A stretch of 64,000 nt of DNA, taken from NCBI GenBank assembly GCA_965649765.1, contig OZ287750.1, forward strand, positions 73,594,001 through 73,658,000. Reading direction: 5' to 3'. Made by a program: the position numbers and the translations under genes. The DNA comes from Bispira polyomma. Lineage: Eukaryota. Shown one piece after another: positions 26,414-40,130 of the stretch. A model generated the notes under the pieces. The model saw nothing but the letters and a program-made list of their open reading frames with translations, searched no databases and was not told the origin of the DNA. Position 1 is the first letter of the stretch. Each line of letters opens with the position of its first letter.

Positions 26414-28279
26414 CATGTGAAAGAATTATCAATAGTAATAAAGTTCCTGGGACTCGACTATTGCTGAAAGAATTAAAAGTCGAATTAAAATACTGTAGTG
26501 TTTTTAGCCTCTTGTTTTTTCAAAAGCTTAATTTAAATTTTCTTTTTGCTTCTAAATTAAAAAAAAATAACATACTCAGAAGCTTTAATCATGACCCTTG
26601 AGAGAAAATTATGTATTATGGCTCGTTCTGTACCATATATCGTACATTATATAAAGAAAACATTGGAATTCTATATTAGAACTGTTGAGAACAGTTTAAT
26701 ACTTTATTCTTTGGTTTAAATGCCTGGCGTGTTATTCCAGTGCACTTCATTCAAAATTAACTAAAAAATGAACATATTATTAGGTTCAATCCATTTGCAT
26801 GCACAAAACCAAACATTTAGAGCCATAGAATTATTAATTTATTACTATTAAAATGAAGTTTCAAAATATTTAGAACTTGCAGTATTGAATATAATGAAGG
26901 TAAATTTATACACCTATTTATACTGGAACCAAAAACATAAAAACCAGAAGTTTTTGCGGGATTTTTTTTTTTTTTGTGAAACTTCTTGTTAAAACTAGGA
27001 TATGAAAGATATGTCTTGTGGAACTACCGGCAACTACCGGTAATGGTTCTTTCAATACTTATACACTGATAATTGTGAAATGGAATTATAATTGTCATGT
27101 TGGTTTCTTGCATTTTTGTCTTGTTAAGTGTGTCATGTTTACCAGTGTAATGTTATTTAGTTTGTTCATTAATGTTCATTAATGTTTGTGCTATTGTATA
27201 GATTATTTAGTCTAATGCCTTTCTGCATATAGTGTAACGTATGTGATTGTGTTAAGTGAATTTCCATATGGAGGCTTAGTAATTTAACAACTTCTATTTC
27301 ATAGAATTGAATTTTCAGTGAACACTCAGTTAATATGGTACTAGTAACAGTTTGATTGTGGCTGATTCTTGAGTTTCTGTATCGATCTGATACAAGTAGA
27401 AAGTTTAAGGTGCTAATTGTTGTATATATAGAAGTTGAATACTATAATTCATAAGTCGCCTACTATTATCTATGGTGCCTATATGGGGGTAGTCTGTAGC
27501 CAAATGAAGCAAATTTAATAGCAAGTGAAACATTGTCGTATTACATTAGTGTGTGATTTCGATATCACAAGTGTGTATTACAATTATAGACAGGTTTGTA
27601 GGAATTCCAGTATAAGATTGGCACTCGTTGTAACTTGAAAACTCTAAAGGATGCCATTTTCAGTGATATTGCAGTGATATCTCGTTGTTATCGTTTGTGT
27701 TAATGATCTCTTGTTTGCTATTTAAAACTGTAGCAGTAATTAAGATGTACATTTTCATTGAGCCTCATCAATAGGCCAGGAATCCTTGTTCAAGCTACAT
27801 ATTGTCTGTTATGCGTAAACAGGGGTGGCATTAGTCAAACCAAAGGGTTTTTTCTCTCACTTTTATGGTTTTTCGATTTAAATAAGATGACACTATTTTA
27901 TTTAGAAAAAGTTTTTCCTTTTAGATAATTAGGTTATTTCACTGTCAATCTGTAAATGATAAAATGTTACTTTTATTTATAGTTATGTGCATGCTATTTT
28001 GTTTGTCATACATGTAGTTAAAAAAAATCCTTCATAATGTAAACAATTGTTCGAATGTTTGTACAGCCTCAAAATAGAAGAATACCACCGAGGTCTTAAA
28101 ATTAAGGATCTTAAAAAAAGTCCTAAGAATGGATCAGGGGACCCCATTTAGTAAAATAATTGGCATTAATGATTAATTTGATTGACATCAGTTACATTTA
28201 CAGTAGAAGCTCTCTTATCCAGACTTGAAAATAAAATGAAATGACATAGGAAATTTGTTATAGCACACTTACAGAACAC

Positions 28280-28520
28280 CCACTATGGGCGCCGAGGTGC
28301 TTGAGGATGACCATTTATCAACGTCCATAAAGGATCTTTAATCTGCCACTGGAGATATTATTCTGTGACAGAGGACCGCCATTTTAAGTGGCCACTAGGC
28401 AAAGTTGTGTTCACATCTTGCCCAAGGATGTTATTCCACCAAATGAAACTGGCGGCCAGTACCGGAAAAAGAACCGGGGACCTACTGATCATCAGACCAA
28501 CACCCTAACCACTAGACCAT
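28280..28520 (-). mobile_element. tRNA-derived SINE, second family (Deu/Nin-like central region)
   Basis: Minus-strand TGGTCTAGTGG A box; body is the reverse complement of the copy at 46652-46926. Confidence 0.7.
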
Positions 28521-29597
28521 GAAGGATTACTTCTATTATTTCAAAATTCAATTTTCAGAACTTCCTGTTATTTTTTTAATATGGAAATTCTACTTTTGTT
28601 TTATGGACCTCTAGTTATCTCCTGAACAAAATCTTTGTGTCCCAACATGTTTGGATAATAGAGGTTCTGCTCTATTTCTGCTGGTATAATGATGAAGTTG
28701 TTATTCAGGGTAAGATTAATTGTTTTGTACATATTGTTCTCGGCACATATTTATATTGAGTAAGTTCTTGTCTTTTCAATAAAGTTGATACAGTTCAATC
28801 CATGTTTATATTTGTTAATACAACATGCAAAACTCCCAGATTCTGTTTTCATTTTTTTTAGTGACCTTGACCTTAGAATTATTGTCTGATCAATATATAA
28901 AGGGACATTAGGAATATATTACATTACTAACAACAGTTGTGTTCAGTATGTGAGATAGCCCTTTAACCATTTCCACCCCAAAAGAAAACTATTGCCGGGA
29001 AATCAAGGAAATGTCCATGGCAATGGGTTGCAGATTGCTGTAGTCACTTAAACATTACCAAAGTGGCATCACAGTATCACCAGATTATATGCACCAGTTG
29101 CACACATTTTCGTTAATTCATGTTTACACCACCCTAATATTAGTGACTATCTAAAAAATAGCTAAATTGAAAGTCCCATGATATCAGGAATCCTGAAATG
29201 ACTTCTAAATAACCGAATCCTTTTAATATGATGGGAGATATATTGCCAAGTGTTGGTACATGGTTTTATCATGTCCTCTGCGTTTGTTTGTTCTAAAATA
29301 AGTATTTTATTGCGATAAATACTCGCTACCTTGTCCTCACTAACACTATATCATTTAGTTTACCTCAATGACGACCAAAAAATCACCTAGTCTTTTTAAC
29401 AAAGACTATTCTTGTGATTTAATTTTCAAAATTTCCTCAACAATCCTCACTGCGCATGCCCGGAAGTACCCAAAGTGTCATAGAACGAGAGAAAGCCTCA
29501 GTTTTCATTTGGTCGCGTTTGTGTGCACCTCGATGTTTTTGTTTTTCGACCGTTATTTTTTTAATTTAAATTTTGGGAAACGTCTTTGTTTGGAGTT

Positions 29598-30881
29598 ATG
29601 GCTGAGAAACAAGTTGTGCAGGGGAAGAGTTCACATAAGCAGCGTATATCTCCTGGATGTGGTCATCCAGCCTATAACTTTGACTCCCACAAGTTCTGTT
29701 TGCAGTGGCGTTTTGGGAAGATTGGTGATGATGTCTGTGTCATGGAGTCAGTAGAAGATTGCTACATATGCCTTGCTGTCTCACCAGAGCTTAAAAGGCA
29801 CTTGGAGTTGGCTTTGGCTAAGCTAAAGAAGAAGGAGAAGCTGGCAGAAGACAAACTTTTAGCAGAAAATGGGGCGCTGTTGTCTGCACAGTCGACAGTT
29901 AGCCCAGGGTCTTTGGACACCTTGCAGCAGATCCTAGCACAGTTGTCATCCATTAGCAGCCATCTTGCTGGAGTTGAGAGGAAGCAGACTGTTTCATCAG
30001 TCTCAGCTGAGGATGGAGAAATTGTTCCTGCAGATGTATCTGATGGTGCTGCTAGGAAGAGGGCTAGATCTCCCTCTCCAACAAGGCTGGATGCAGATAA
30101 AGATGATGATCCTGCAGATGAAGATCCTCCATATCGTCAGATGCTGGCAACTGTGAGACATGTCTTGGGTCTGGAGACTGTATGGGAGGATGTTGCTCAG
30201 CCAGCCAGGATTTTTGGACCTGCAAAACCCAAGAAGATGACTGTTTTGCTTATGTCTCTCCCTCCAGTTGAGGAGGTGCTCCAGAAATGGAGACATTATG
30301 AAGCAGTGGCAGCAGGGCGCTCAGATGAAAATGCACCAGAAGTCTTGGCTTCCATCCCTCTGAATAAAGGAGAGTTCTTGGCTTACAACAGACCTAAGAT
30401 GCGGTTTTATAAGTCCTCTGGGGATACGTTTGCAGCCTCTGCTTCTAAGTGTCAGGAAACGTTTAAGTCACTTGCCAAGTCAGCTAATCTACCTACAAGT
30501 TACTCCATTCCAAGCAAACAGATCCTATCGATGGAAACTCTGCTGAGAGAAAATGTACAGATACTTTCATTTGTGTGCCAGTTCATTAGGGCTATGGATA
30601 AGTCAATGTTAGATGTGGAGGCTTCTTTAGCTGGTATGGGAGAAAGACTACCTGACAGCCAGAAATCTGAAATTGATGGAGCTGTTAACAACTTACAGAT
30701 AGCACAGACTTGCCTTGGTTCGGTTGATAAGGCTTTAGAGACTATTGTGGATACAAGCATAGCCATGGCCTGTAACCTTCAGTTGGTCAGGAGAGACAAT
30801 ATTTTGAAGGCCAGTAATCTGCCTATTGGAGATCACCATGTAAATAGACTAAGAAGGAAAGGGTTCTTTAGTGCGGATTAA
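29598..30881 (+). CDS. DIRS ORF1 (gag-like) with N-terminal Cys/His motif
   Basis: Long open frame just inside the left ITR; GCGH..DSHKFCL..C....C..C N-terminus and RRDNIL near the C-terminus, as in DIRS gag proteins; likely prematurely terminated. Confidence 0.75.
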   Translation: MAEKQVVQGKSSHKQRISPGCGHPAYNFDSHKFCLQWRFGKIGDDVCVMESVEDCYICLAVSPELKRHLELALAKLKKKEKLAEDKLLAENGALLSAQSTVSPGSLDTLQQILAQLSSISSHLAGVERKQTVSSVSAEDGEIVPADVSDGAARKRARSPSPTRLDADKDDDPADEDPPYRQMLATVRHVLGLETVWEDVAQPARIFGPAKPKKMTVLLMSLPPVEEVLQKWRHYEAVAAGRSDENAPEVLASIPLNKGEFLAYNRPKMRFYKSSGDTFAASASKCQETFKSLAKSANLPTSYSIPSKQILSMETLLRENVQILSFVCQFIRAMDKSMLDVEASLAGMGERLPDSQKSEIDGAVNNLQIAQTCLGSVDKALETIVDTSIAMACNLQLVRRDNILKASNLPIGDHHVNRLRRKGFFSAD

Positions 30882-31129
30882 TTTTCCTCGAACACTCTAA
30901 ACGATGTCGAGAAAAGACTAACCAAGAAGTCCGAAGAGACAGAAGTACGAGACCAAGTCAAACTTTAAACAGTTTAATCAGATCTCCTCTACCCAGCACC
31001 AGAACCCACCGGGCCAGAGGCAGTCTTTTTTTCGTGGCCAATCGTGTAACACGAAATCTGCAAGCTACCAGTCCTCCCAAACCAGCAGAGGGGGCAGAGG
31101 CAGAAGGAAGTGACAACGACAGAAGACAT

Positions 31130-33120
31130 GGGGGCCATTTGCAAGGATTTTGGCAGATATGGCAAAGGTTAAAATGTCACACTCAAGTAGTACTGACCTT
31201 AAGATACGGGTATCGAATTCGCCTAAAAACAAGAATCCTGTTGTCTCGGTTTCCCGCAATTTTCAGTGGATATGTCAACAAACAAAAGAAAATGGCACTG
31301 AAAAAATGTGTGCAGCAAATGCTTCAAAAAGGGGCTCTTGCTCCAGTAGAGGTCAGTACAACTCTGGGGTTTTACAGTCGTTTATTCCTTGTTCCCAAAC
31401 CAAATAACAAATGGCGTCCAGTGATAGATTTGAGTCTTCTGAACCAGAATTTGTATGTCCCAACTTTCAAAATGGAAACAGCAGAGGTTATACGAAATTC
31501 ATTAAGACAGGGGGAATGGGTAGCTTCGATAGATCTCACAGACGCTTACTTTCACATCCCAATTCATCCGAATTCTCAAAGGCTTCTACGTTTCAATGTC
31601 GAGAACCAGTCTTACCAGTTTCGGGCTCTTTCATTTGGCATAGCAACAGCCCCTCTAGAGTTTACTCGGATTGTCAAAGAAACGAAGTTGGTGTTACAAT
31701 CTCGAGGTATCCGAATACATCAGTATATAGACGATTGGCTGATTTGCTCCCCATCGTTGAAGGAGAGTCGAGTTCAAATCCTTTCTAGAGATAGTCGAAT
31801 CAATGGGTTGGGTGATCAGAAGTTGGAACTTCAGCCAACTCAGCAAATCAATTTCCTTGGTTATCGGTTCGATCTACTCCGGGGTTTAGTATTTCCAACT
31901 CAGAAAAAGTGGAACATACTACAAACTCTGCTACTAGAGGTTCAGAAAGCTCAGGTCTTCACTCCCAGAAAGCTAATGTCATTGATAGGTGTTATGGGCT
32001 GTGTAGAAAAGATAGTTCCTTTTGGGAGACTACACATGAGGCCTTTCCAATGGTATCTAAAAACTCATTGGCGAGTTCCTCAGTCACTAGAGATTCTGAT
32101 TCCTGTGTCAAGCAGGTTAAAAAATCAGACGATTTGGTGGTCGGATCGTCGAAATGTAATGGTAGGCGAAAACTTGCATCTTCTAGAGCACAGCACCCTA
32201 CTGTTTACAGACGCCTCCAACACAGGTTGGGGAGCGCATTTAGACGATATGGTTCAAAGGGACACAGAAAAAGACTTGCATATCAATGTGTTAGAGCTGA
32301 AAGCTGTATTTCTGGCCTTAAAGGCGTTTGTAAAGCATATAGACAACAAACGAGTTTTGATAGCCACTGACAATGCCTCAGTAGTAGCCTATCTGAACAA
32401 GCAAGGGGGAACACACTCTTTGAAAATGTGTCTTCTAGTTTGGAGGATATTTGCCTTTTGCAATCCTCGCAGAATAGATAGAATAAATAGAATAGACAAC
32501 AAACGAGTTTTGATAGCCACCGACAATGTCTCAGTAGTAGCCTATCTGAACAAGCAAGGGGGAACACACTCTCTGGAAATGTGTCTTCTAGTTTGAAGGA
32601 TATTTGCCTTTTGCAATCCTCGCAGAATAAGCAAGGTTGTCTGAATGTGGTGGCCGACAGTCTCTCCAGGAGGGACAAGGTCATTCACACAGAGTGGTCA
32701 CTACATCCACAGATGTTCAATCTACTCTATCAAAAGCTTTATCGACCCCAAATAGATCTCTTTGCCACAAGTCGAAACCATAAGTTGCCCCTGTATGTGT
32801 CTCCAATCCCAGATGTCCAAGCACTAGCAATAGATGCATTGAACATCTCTTGGGAGGGTCTGGACGGCTATGCCTTCTGTCCAGTGGTTCTGATACCAAA
32901 ACTTGTTCAAAAAATGTTAAAGTATCAGTGTCGAATGATGGTTCTAGCTCCAGGTTGGCCAGGGATGAGTTGGTTCTGGGATCTAGTAGATCTTTCAGTG
33001 AGTCTACCTTACCTGATACCTCAGTGGCCTCAACTGTTAAAACAACCATTCAGTCAGAAATTACATCAGAATCTCCAATTTTTAAACCTTCATGTTTGGT
33101 TACTGAACTTAGATCTGAAA
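31130..33120 (+). pseudogene. DIRS pol: reverse transcriptase, RNase H and Dam-like methyltransferase domain (disrupted)
   Basis: GFYSRLFLVPK, WRPVIDL, SIDLTDAYFHIPIH, YIDDWL, LFTDASNTGWGA, HINVLEL, TDN, NVVADSLSR, IDLFATSRN, YAFCP, APGWP..SWF; stop at 32594-32596 and small deletions. Confidence 0.9.
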
Positions 33121-34168
33121 CAGCACTCAAATTTTCAGTCAGTGGAAGACCGAATTAAGGCACCTCAAAGACAGTCCTCAAGAAGGGTCTATGAATCAAG
33201 GTGATCCTTATTTGTACAATCGGCAAATGAGAATAAGGTGGACCTCTTAAAACCTTCTATCCCTCAGATAGCAGATATTCTTTTATTCTTGTTTCAACAA
33301 CGAGATTTGAAACCTGCTACTATTGCTGGGTACCGTACAGCTATTACTGATCACTTAGGTACATTGGGCATTGAGAGTTCAAACAGTTTGAACTTGAACA
33401 GACTTTTATCAAGTTTCTATAGGGATAGACCAGTGAAAGACAGTGGTATACCAACTTAGGATTTGTCGGTTGTGTTGTTAGCCTTAACCAAGCCTCCTTT
33501 TGAGCCATTAGAGGACACTTCACTTAAGTTATTAACTTTTAAGACAGTTTTTCTGATGGCTTTAGCATCAGGCAAGAGAAGGGGTGAAATTCATGCTTGG
33601 ACTTTTTCTTCTCTGAAACATAAACCTGCTTGGTCTGAGGTCACTTTGGCACCTTCACCTGTGTTTATTGCTAAAAATCAGTTGGCATCTGTAGGATATG
33701 ATTCTATCAAACCTGTGATTATTCCAGCGCCTTCACCATTCCTGGATGATAATCTCAAGGAAGATTTGTCTTTGTGAGGGCTTTGAGACATTATGTCAAA
33801 AGAACTAAGGATTTAGAAAGACCAAGTAACTCTTATTCATTTCCTTTAGAGAAAGTTTTGAGTCTGATATCAAGACAGCTACCATTTCTTCTTGGATCAA
33901 ACAATCTGTATTATTAGGTTACAAGCTGGCTGATGAAGAAGTGGCATCTCTCACTCAGGTTAAGGCACATGATTTAAGATCTATGGCAGCATCTCTAGCG
34001 TTTAAAGGAGGGGTCTCTTTAGAACAGATCTTGGGTTCTTGTTACTGGCGTTCACACAATACATTCACCCATTTCTACCTGAAAGATGTAGCATGGCAGG
34101 CTAAGGAAGATTTTGATTTCATCTTTGGTTCTATGGTGGCTGCACAACATGTTGTCAACCTGTCATAA
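33120..34168 (+). pseudogene. DIRS tyrosine recombinase (disrupted)
   Basis: SAM-like region (TIAGYRTAI), LTFKTVFLMALASGKRRGEI (catalytic R), HDLR, CYW and FTHFY (catalytic Y); several in-frame stops and frameshifts. Confidence 0.88.
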
Positions 34169-36441
34169 TGTAAGATTTTAATACGTAAGAATGTTTTGAA
34201 AAAGTATTGGATTTTTATTTATGCAGATGATCTAATCCTTCTTTCTCTATTCTTTCAGCCCCAGAATTGTACATAGATTATATTTATAGTTGCCTAATCT
34301 AGTAGGAGTCTATAGATCTTACCTTATCCTAACGCTCTGCTTTCAACAAAAAATTTCTTTTAAATCCTTAAGTGGTTTTGGGTTCCAAAAACAACCCTCA
34401 GTCTTAATGGTTGGATTCTAGCGTTAGTGAGGATAAGGTAGAGAGTGTTTATCGCAGTAAAATCTACAAATTTTATTGTAATTTATCTTTTTGGAAGATA
34501 AATACTTGCCTTATTCTCACTAAACCGGATCCCGCCCAGCCAACCCCACTTTTGTTTCTGGAATCCCAACTTTCCAAATAAAAACTGAGGCTTTCTCTCG
34601 TTCTACGAGACTTTGGGTACTTCCGGGCATGCGCAGTGAGGATTGTCGAGGAAATTTAAAAAATTAAATCACAAGAATAGTCTTTGTTAAAAAGACTAGG
34701 TGATTTTTTTGGTCGTTATTGAGGTAAACTAAGTGATATAGCGTTAGTGAGGATAAGGTAAGTATTTATCTTCCAAAAAGATAAATTACAATAAAATTTG
34801 TACAATCTACAGCCATGTCTTTCTCAAATCTATGTTACACACCTGTACTTGAATTTATGAAAGCACTTATTACAGGAATAAAAGTCATGAATAACAAGGA
34901 CACCTAGATTGGTAGATTATGAAATAAGTGGAGAGAGCTTTAAGTTGCACGTAGGGTTTTAGACTGATTCTAAATTATTATGGCCATTGCATATTTTATG
35001 TGGCAGATCATTCATTAGTTGGCGTGTTATTTTTAACCTGGTGACTATTGGTTGAGATATTGGAATGGTGATAGGAAGGTTTTTAGTTTTATTCCTGGTA
35101 ATGTCATAATGGTCACTGATGGGATAATATTCCCTCCTCAGAGAACAAATCCCTTAGAAGATGGATACATCAAGTTGTCACAATATAACTGTCTCAAAAT
35201 ATAATGGACAATGAAATTTCTTACAAGAAGGCCACAGTGCTAAATGATGTCAGCCACTGATATCTTGTAGGTAAGACTAGCCCTTCTAAGAGAACAAATC
35301 GCTTACAAGATAGATACATCATTTTGGCACTGATATAACTGCCTCAAAATAAAATGGGCAAAAAAATTTCTTACAAGAATATAGTTTGTTCTTGTGTCAA
35401 AGCAGAACCTCTGTAATCTAAACATCTATTATCCAAATCTGTTTACTTTATGAACATATGACTATTTACTTACCTTAAAAGAATATATTTATGCTTAACT
35501 TTATTCCTTCTAAGTATCCTATACGACAGAAATATTTTTGCTGCAGTTAAAAAAGTACATGTACCACACTGAAATACAGGGGAACCTCTTTTATTGGAAC
35601 ATGTTAGGAGAGCAAAGTTTTGTTCGGATAATAGAAGGTTTATTAAAAAGGAGAGGCAGTTCTGTCAAAGCAATAGGGAAATATAAATTTGGGAGAGTAG
35701 AAATGAGTTTATCAAATCAAATAGTCTAGTTTAAATTATAATGGTTATACTGTTATTTTTTGTACAGCAGAATATCTATTATCGCATCAACTGTTATTTA
35801 ATTATGAAATTTTACTGAACACCCTTTCCTGCTACCTTATTTACAAGTTCCTGCTATTGATATCAAAATGTTTATACTTGATGAACTTTCTTTTTTCTAA
35901 ATAATATTTTGCTGTAACGCTACTTTATGGATAACAGAGGTTTTATTGTACATATGGGGCATCAATGGTGTAGTGATAACACGCTTGTATCCTACCTCCA
36001 GCCATGGGTCAAATTTGGGCATCTGGTATGTGTGTGGGAAAATTGGGTTTAAACTTGCTGAAGGGCGGTGGTTTGCAGAACAGAAAAAAACCTTGACCAA
36101 CTACCCTGCTCTGACTTGTGCACCAATGAACTGCCTGTCATGACAAGACACAAGAGGTGTGGAAAAGCATCATTGAGCCCAAAGTAAACTTATCTACTTT
36201 ACATGTATTTTTAAATGTTGTAATATACAGGGAATATGTGTACACTGTAGATGTGAATGAAGACTCTACAAGTGTGCTTTATAAGATCAGGGAGATAAAT
36301 CAATACTGTTAAACATCTAGTTGCTGTGTTTGTCTGGGCTATAAGGCTTTGGCCTTTTAGCTCATCCATAATGTAGTGAAGCTTTATGGAGCTTAAGAAT
36401 GCAGTTGATTACAATGTGCTTATATTACAAATATTTACCAG

Positions 36442-39400
36442 ATGGCAGCTGGATCAGACATTGGTGAATGTGTGTGTTCACTGGAGGAACTGAAGCTTGG
36501 AGGAAGAAAAACAGTTGTATTACAAGGAAGGGAAGTTGTCCTCTTTTACTACAGAGGAAAGTGTTATGCACTGGATAGACAATGTTATCGTAAGTATTTG
36601 TTCGTGAATTTTCTAATTTGAACCAAGGTTTATAGTCTCTTAAGACCATTTCTAAATTGAGTATAAATCTAATATTTGTAAAAAAAAAATAGAAACAAAT
36701 CTTATGGAGATTGTAGAAATAGGCCCTGAGTGATTCGTCACTCTGATATATACACTGCCATTCACCTAGTCAAATACAAAATCGCTGCATATAACTGTAA
36801 GGCTTAACATTTTAATTTAGATGAGACACTACAATGATATATATTTATATTAATAAAAAAAATTATTTATAAAAGATGTATGCGTTACTGATATAGAATT
36901 TATATGCATTGCCCTTCACCAAGACAAATACATAATGACTACATAAGTACAAAATTTCTGTCTGTGTTACTGTATTTTAGATGCAGGAGGACCACTGCAA
37001 GAAGGGAGTATTAAGGTAACCAAGTTCATTCATCTAATTCTGTTTTTGGTTGGAGTAGTCCAAGACCACCAATTTGTGGGGACATCAAAGAAAGTTATTT
37101 AATTCCGTCCATTTCCAGTCATTTAAAATTGACCACTTAACAACAGCAGATTTTTCTTTTGAGTGTAGAAATCATTTCTAATGCCTTCTACTCTTTTCTC
37201 CAACCTGCCGTTTAATAGGTTATTCTTGTTTAAAACTAAGATAAGCTTGAGCTATGAAGAACAGTAGTAGGATGTTATTTTGTTTTAACATATAATGTAA
37301 TTTCCCCCTATTTGTGCACTTTCTTCTGCTGCCACAAATATTGTTTTGATAATTTTGATATACATTGTACTAGATTATAACTTTTGATGCATCATATATA
37401 GAACAAAGTTGCATCCACAAGCCTTCTAATAGCTATTCTAAAATTACAAAATTTTGGGTTCCCACAATAGACCTCAGTTATTATAGCTGTCAAATCAACA
37501 CAAGGAGTAGAAGAGCTTCTTAACCACCATTCAAAATTGTATTTTAGCCATAGTTTCTCATATGATGGCCCAAAATGTTAGAATAACTCCTCTCAAAATA
37601 TACAGACTGCTTCCTCACTTTCTTCCTTCAGGGGCAAACTTAAAACCTATTTGTTTGAGAGGGCTTCTAACACTATTCTGTGTTATGGAACATACAATAT
37701 ATGAACTATTCTTGGATTTTTTCTCTTTCTATTGTGGATTTAATGCGCATTATTGATGTTGGACATCTTACATAAGCGCAACATCAAAATTGATGAACTA
37801 AGAGCATAGTCAGGTCATCAAGAACGATGTAGTGCGTGCCCGCAAAATGACGTACAATAAGCAAGTTTAGAAAAGATAAGATTTAAGTTTTTTCCTAAAA
37901 CCAAAAAAGGTTTTTTTGAGAATCTGCTTGTACAAGAATTAATTGCCTGAAGGTCAGATTAGATTAGGTATTTCTTTGTACAACAGTACAACCTCTATTA
38001 TCCGCACTTCTGTTATCGAATATTCAATTTTATGAACTCATTTCCACTCTCCTAAATTAATGTTTTCCTATAGTTTATATAAGTATGCATCTTCATTTTT
38101 AAGAATCTTCTATTATCCAAACAAAATCTTGCTCTCCTAACATGTTTGGATAGTGAAGGTTCTACTGTATAATGTTGGCACATAATGATAGAGTATATCT
38201 CTCTATATTTACAGGACATAGAGGAGAGGCCATGTGTTCAGTGTCCTTGGCACAAGTATATCATCTGTTTGGACAATGGAGAAAGTCTCTATCAGGTCTT
38301 GCTTATATTATAGTGCTTGACATGTTTCACCCAGTTATCACTGATTGTTGTCGCTATCTTGTGGTTTTAACCCTTTTGACCCCTATGTTGTTAGCTATCA
38401 GCCGATTTCAATTCTTACTCCCAGAACCTGTGTCTGTCGGCAAGCAGTCAACACCCCAAAAATAAAATTTCTAAAACACTGTTTAAAGAATTCATAAACA
38501 AGGCTGTTATTGACTGCCCTGAAGCATTCTGTGGTGTGTGTTTTAGTGACTCTATCTATCTGTAACCTATTTCCGACACATTTCCTTCAGTTCCTATGGT
38601 AGTTTTCTCCTGGGTTTGAAAGGATTACATAGATTTAATAATAATGGTTCTTCAAGAATGCACCAACTGATAGAGTGAACAAAACAATGATATTTGTACT
38701 GCATCTGTATTATTAGTGATAATTAGCATTGTATTGTATTGAAACTTATATCCAGCATTCAAAGCAGGAATTACCCTTTTTGACTGCCCAAGTCCAGTCA
38801 AGTAACACCAGTAGCTGTTGCACTCCTAATAAAAGAGAGAGGCTTGATGATGTTACCATATGTAGCAACATCCTCTAGGTTCTTTAGCCTGCCTGGGGAT
38901 AGGACCCACTGACAGGATTGGAACTGTAAGTGGTCGTCCGAGACACTATGTATACAGCTGTACCTGGTCGCCTAATACTGTGATTGAACCCAGGCCCTCT
39001 GTGTTCCTAATTGAGTGTTTTACCCATTAGGCCACAGAAGCAGACTTTAATCCTACTTGCTTGGCAAAGCCTTTGTTTCTTAGATCTTTGTACAATATTT
39101 GTGAAATGGCATGTTTTTTAGCAGGTGTATATGCCAAAGGATACACTGCTGTTAAATGACCTTGATACTTTTATTTGCTGTGGCATTTTTGATTTCCTTG
39201 ATTTTGAAGATGCATAGCAAATCAAAAAAAGTTGCATTAAAAGTAAAAATACAGTAAAATGCTAGAAATTAAGTGAACGAGAAACCTAAGAATCTACTTG
39301 AAAACAGAAACAATGTTGACGTCACAGTTTGCTATGAAATTTAAAAAAAAATAATTTAAAACCAGAAAGTTTTACACACACAGGCACTAATTAGTACGGT

Positions 39401-39951
39401 TTATGTAATTAGTTATATTGACCTAGTTATATGTGTGTGTGTGTGTAGACAAAGTACACACCTAAATGATAGGCCTTGTTAGGGTTCCTATATTACTTTT
39501 GTGGCTATTGACCATGCTTCTGTTGGCAAGCACCAGCCAAAGCATATTGTATTGTATTTTACATTTTTAACGTGCCTTATTGATGCTAGCATTCTTCTAA
39601 AATGCAACAACAGAATCATTTAACCAATCGAAAATTTTTAAAAAAAATAGCCATATGTCAATTTTGTATTAATGTCTATATATTTCACAAAATGACACTT
39701 AAGTACACAGCGTAAATGGATAACATAACTACAATGTACATGTATTTGGTTTTCAGCACATTGATCCCCGATATCTGGACAAGTCCCCTGAATGGAAATC
39801 TAAAGGTTTAAAGCAGAGAACTCACACAGTGACCGTGTACAATAACCAGGTGTATTTACAACTCTCAGACACTGCCTCAGTACCATATGACTCCGACTAC
39901 TACTCCTCAGACGAGTACAGACAAATCATGTCCAATGTTAAAAGGAAATGA
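36442..39951 (+). CDS. RFESD: Rieske domain-containing protein; exons 36442-36589, 36981-37015, 38215-38295, 39757-39951; 152 aa
   Basis: Not in the ORF track as one frame. Spliced product reads [27 protein letters not shown]...CVQCPWHKY..L.NGESLYQ...WKSKGLKQRTH, with Rieske ligands CxH and CxxH; GT-AG introns with matching phases. Confidence 0.92.
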
Positions 39952-39959
39952 TGTTAATA

Positions 39960-40130
39960 CAGTAGAACCTCTATTTTGTGGACCTCTTGGGAGAGTGAGA
40001 ATTTGTTAAAATAAGGAAAGGTCTGTAAAATAGAAGTGGCATTTTAGTATAAAACAATAGCAAAAAATAAGTTTGGGAGAGTGAAATTGAGCTTGTAAAA
40101 TCAAATATTTGGATAATGGAAGTCCTACTG
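39960..40130. mobile_element. Tc1/mariner(pogo)-type MITE just after the RFESD stop
   Basis: TA-CAGTAGAACCTCTATT...AATGGAAGTCCTACTG-TA termini with TA duplication. Confidence 0.7.

Larger units (their letters stand above)
29302..34802 (+). mobile_element. Full-length, decayed DIRS1-type tyrosine-recombinase retrotransposon with ITRs and internal complementary region
   Basis: ITRs ~29302-29512 and ~34574-34802; ICR ~34421-34524 is complementary to both termini; gene order gag, RT/RNaseH/MT, YR. Confidence 0.93.

Noticed and set aside
35100-35380. Possible upstream coding exon of RFESD with a ~150-bp imperfect duplication
   Set aside because: Frames close quickly and RFESD is complete from ATG 36442; at most this is a non-coding exon, which cannot be supported without transcripts.
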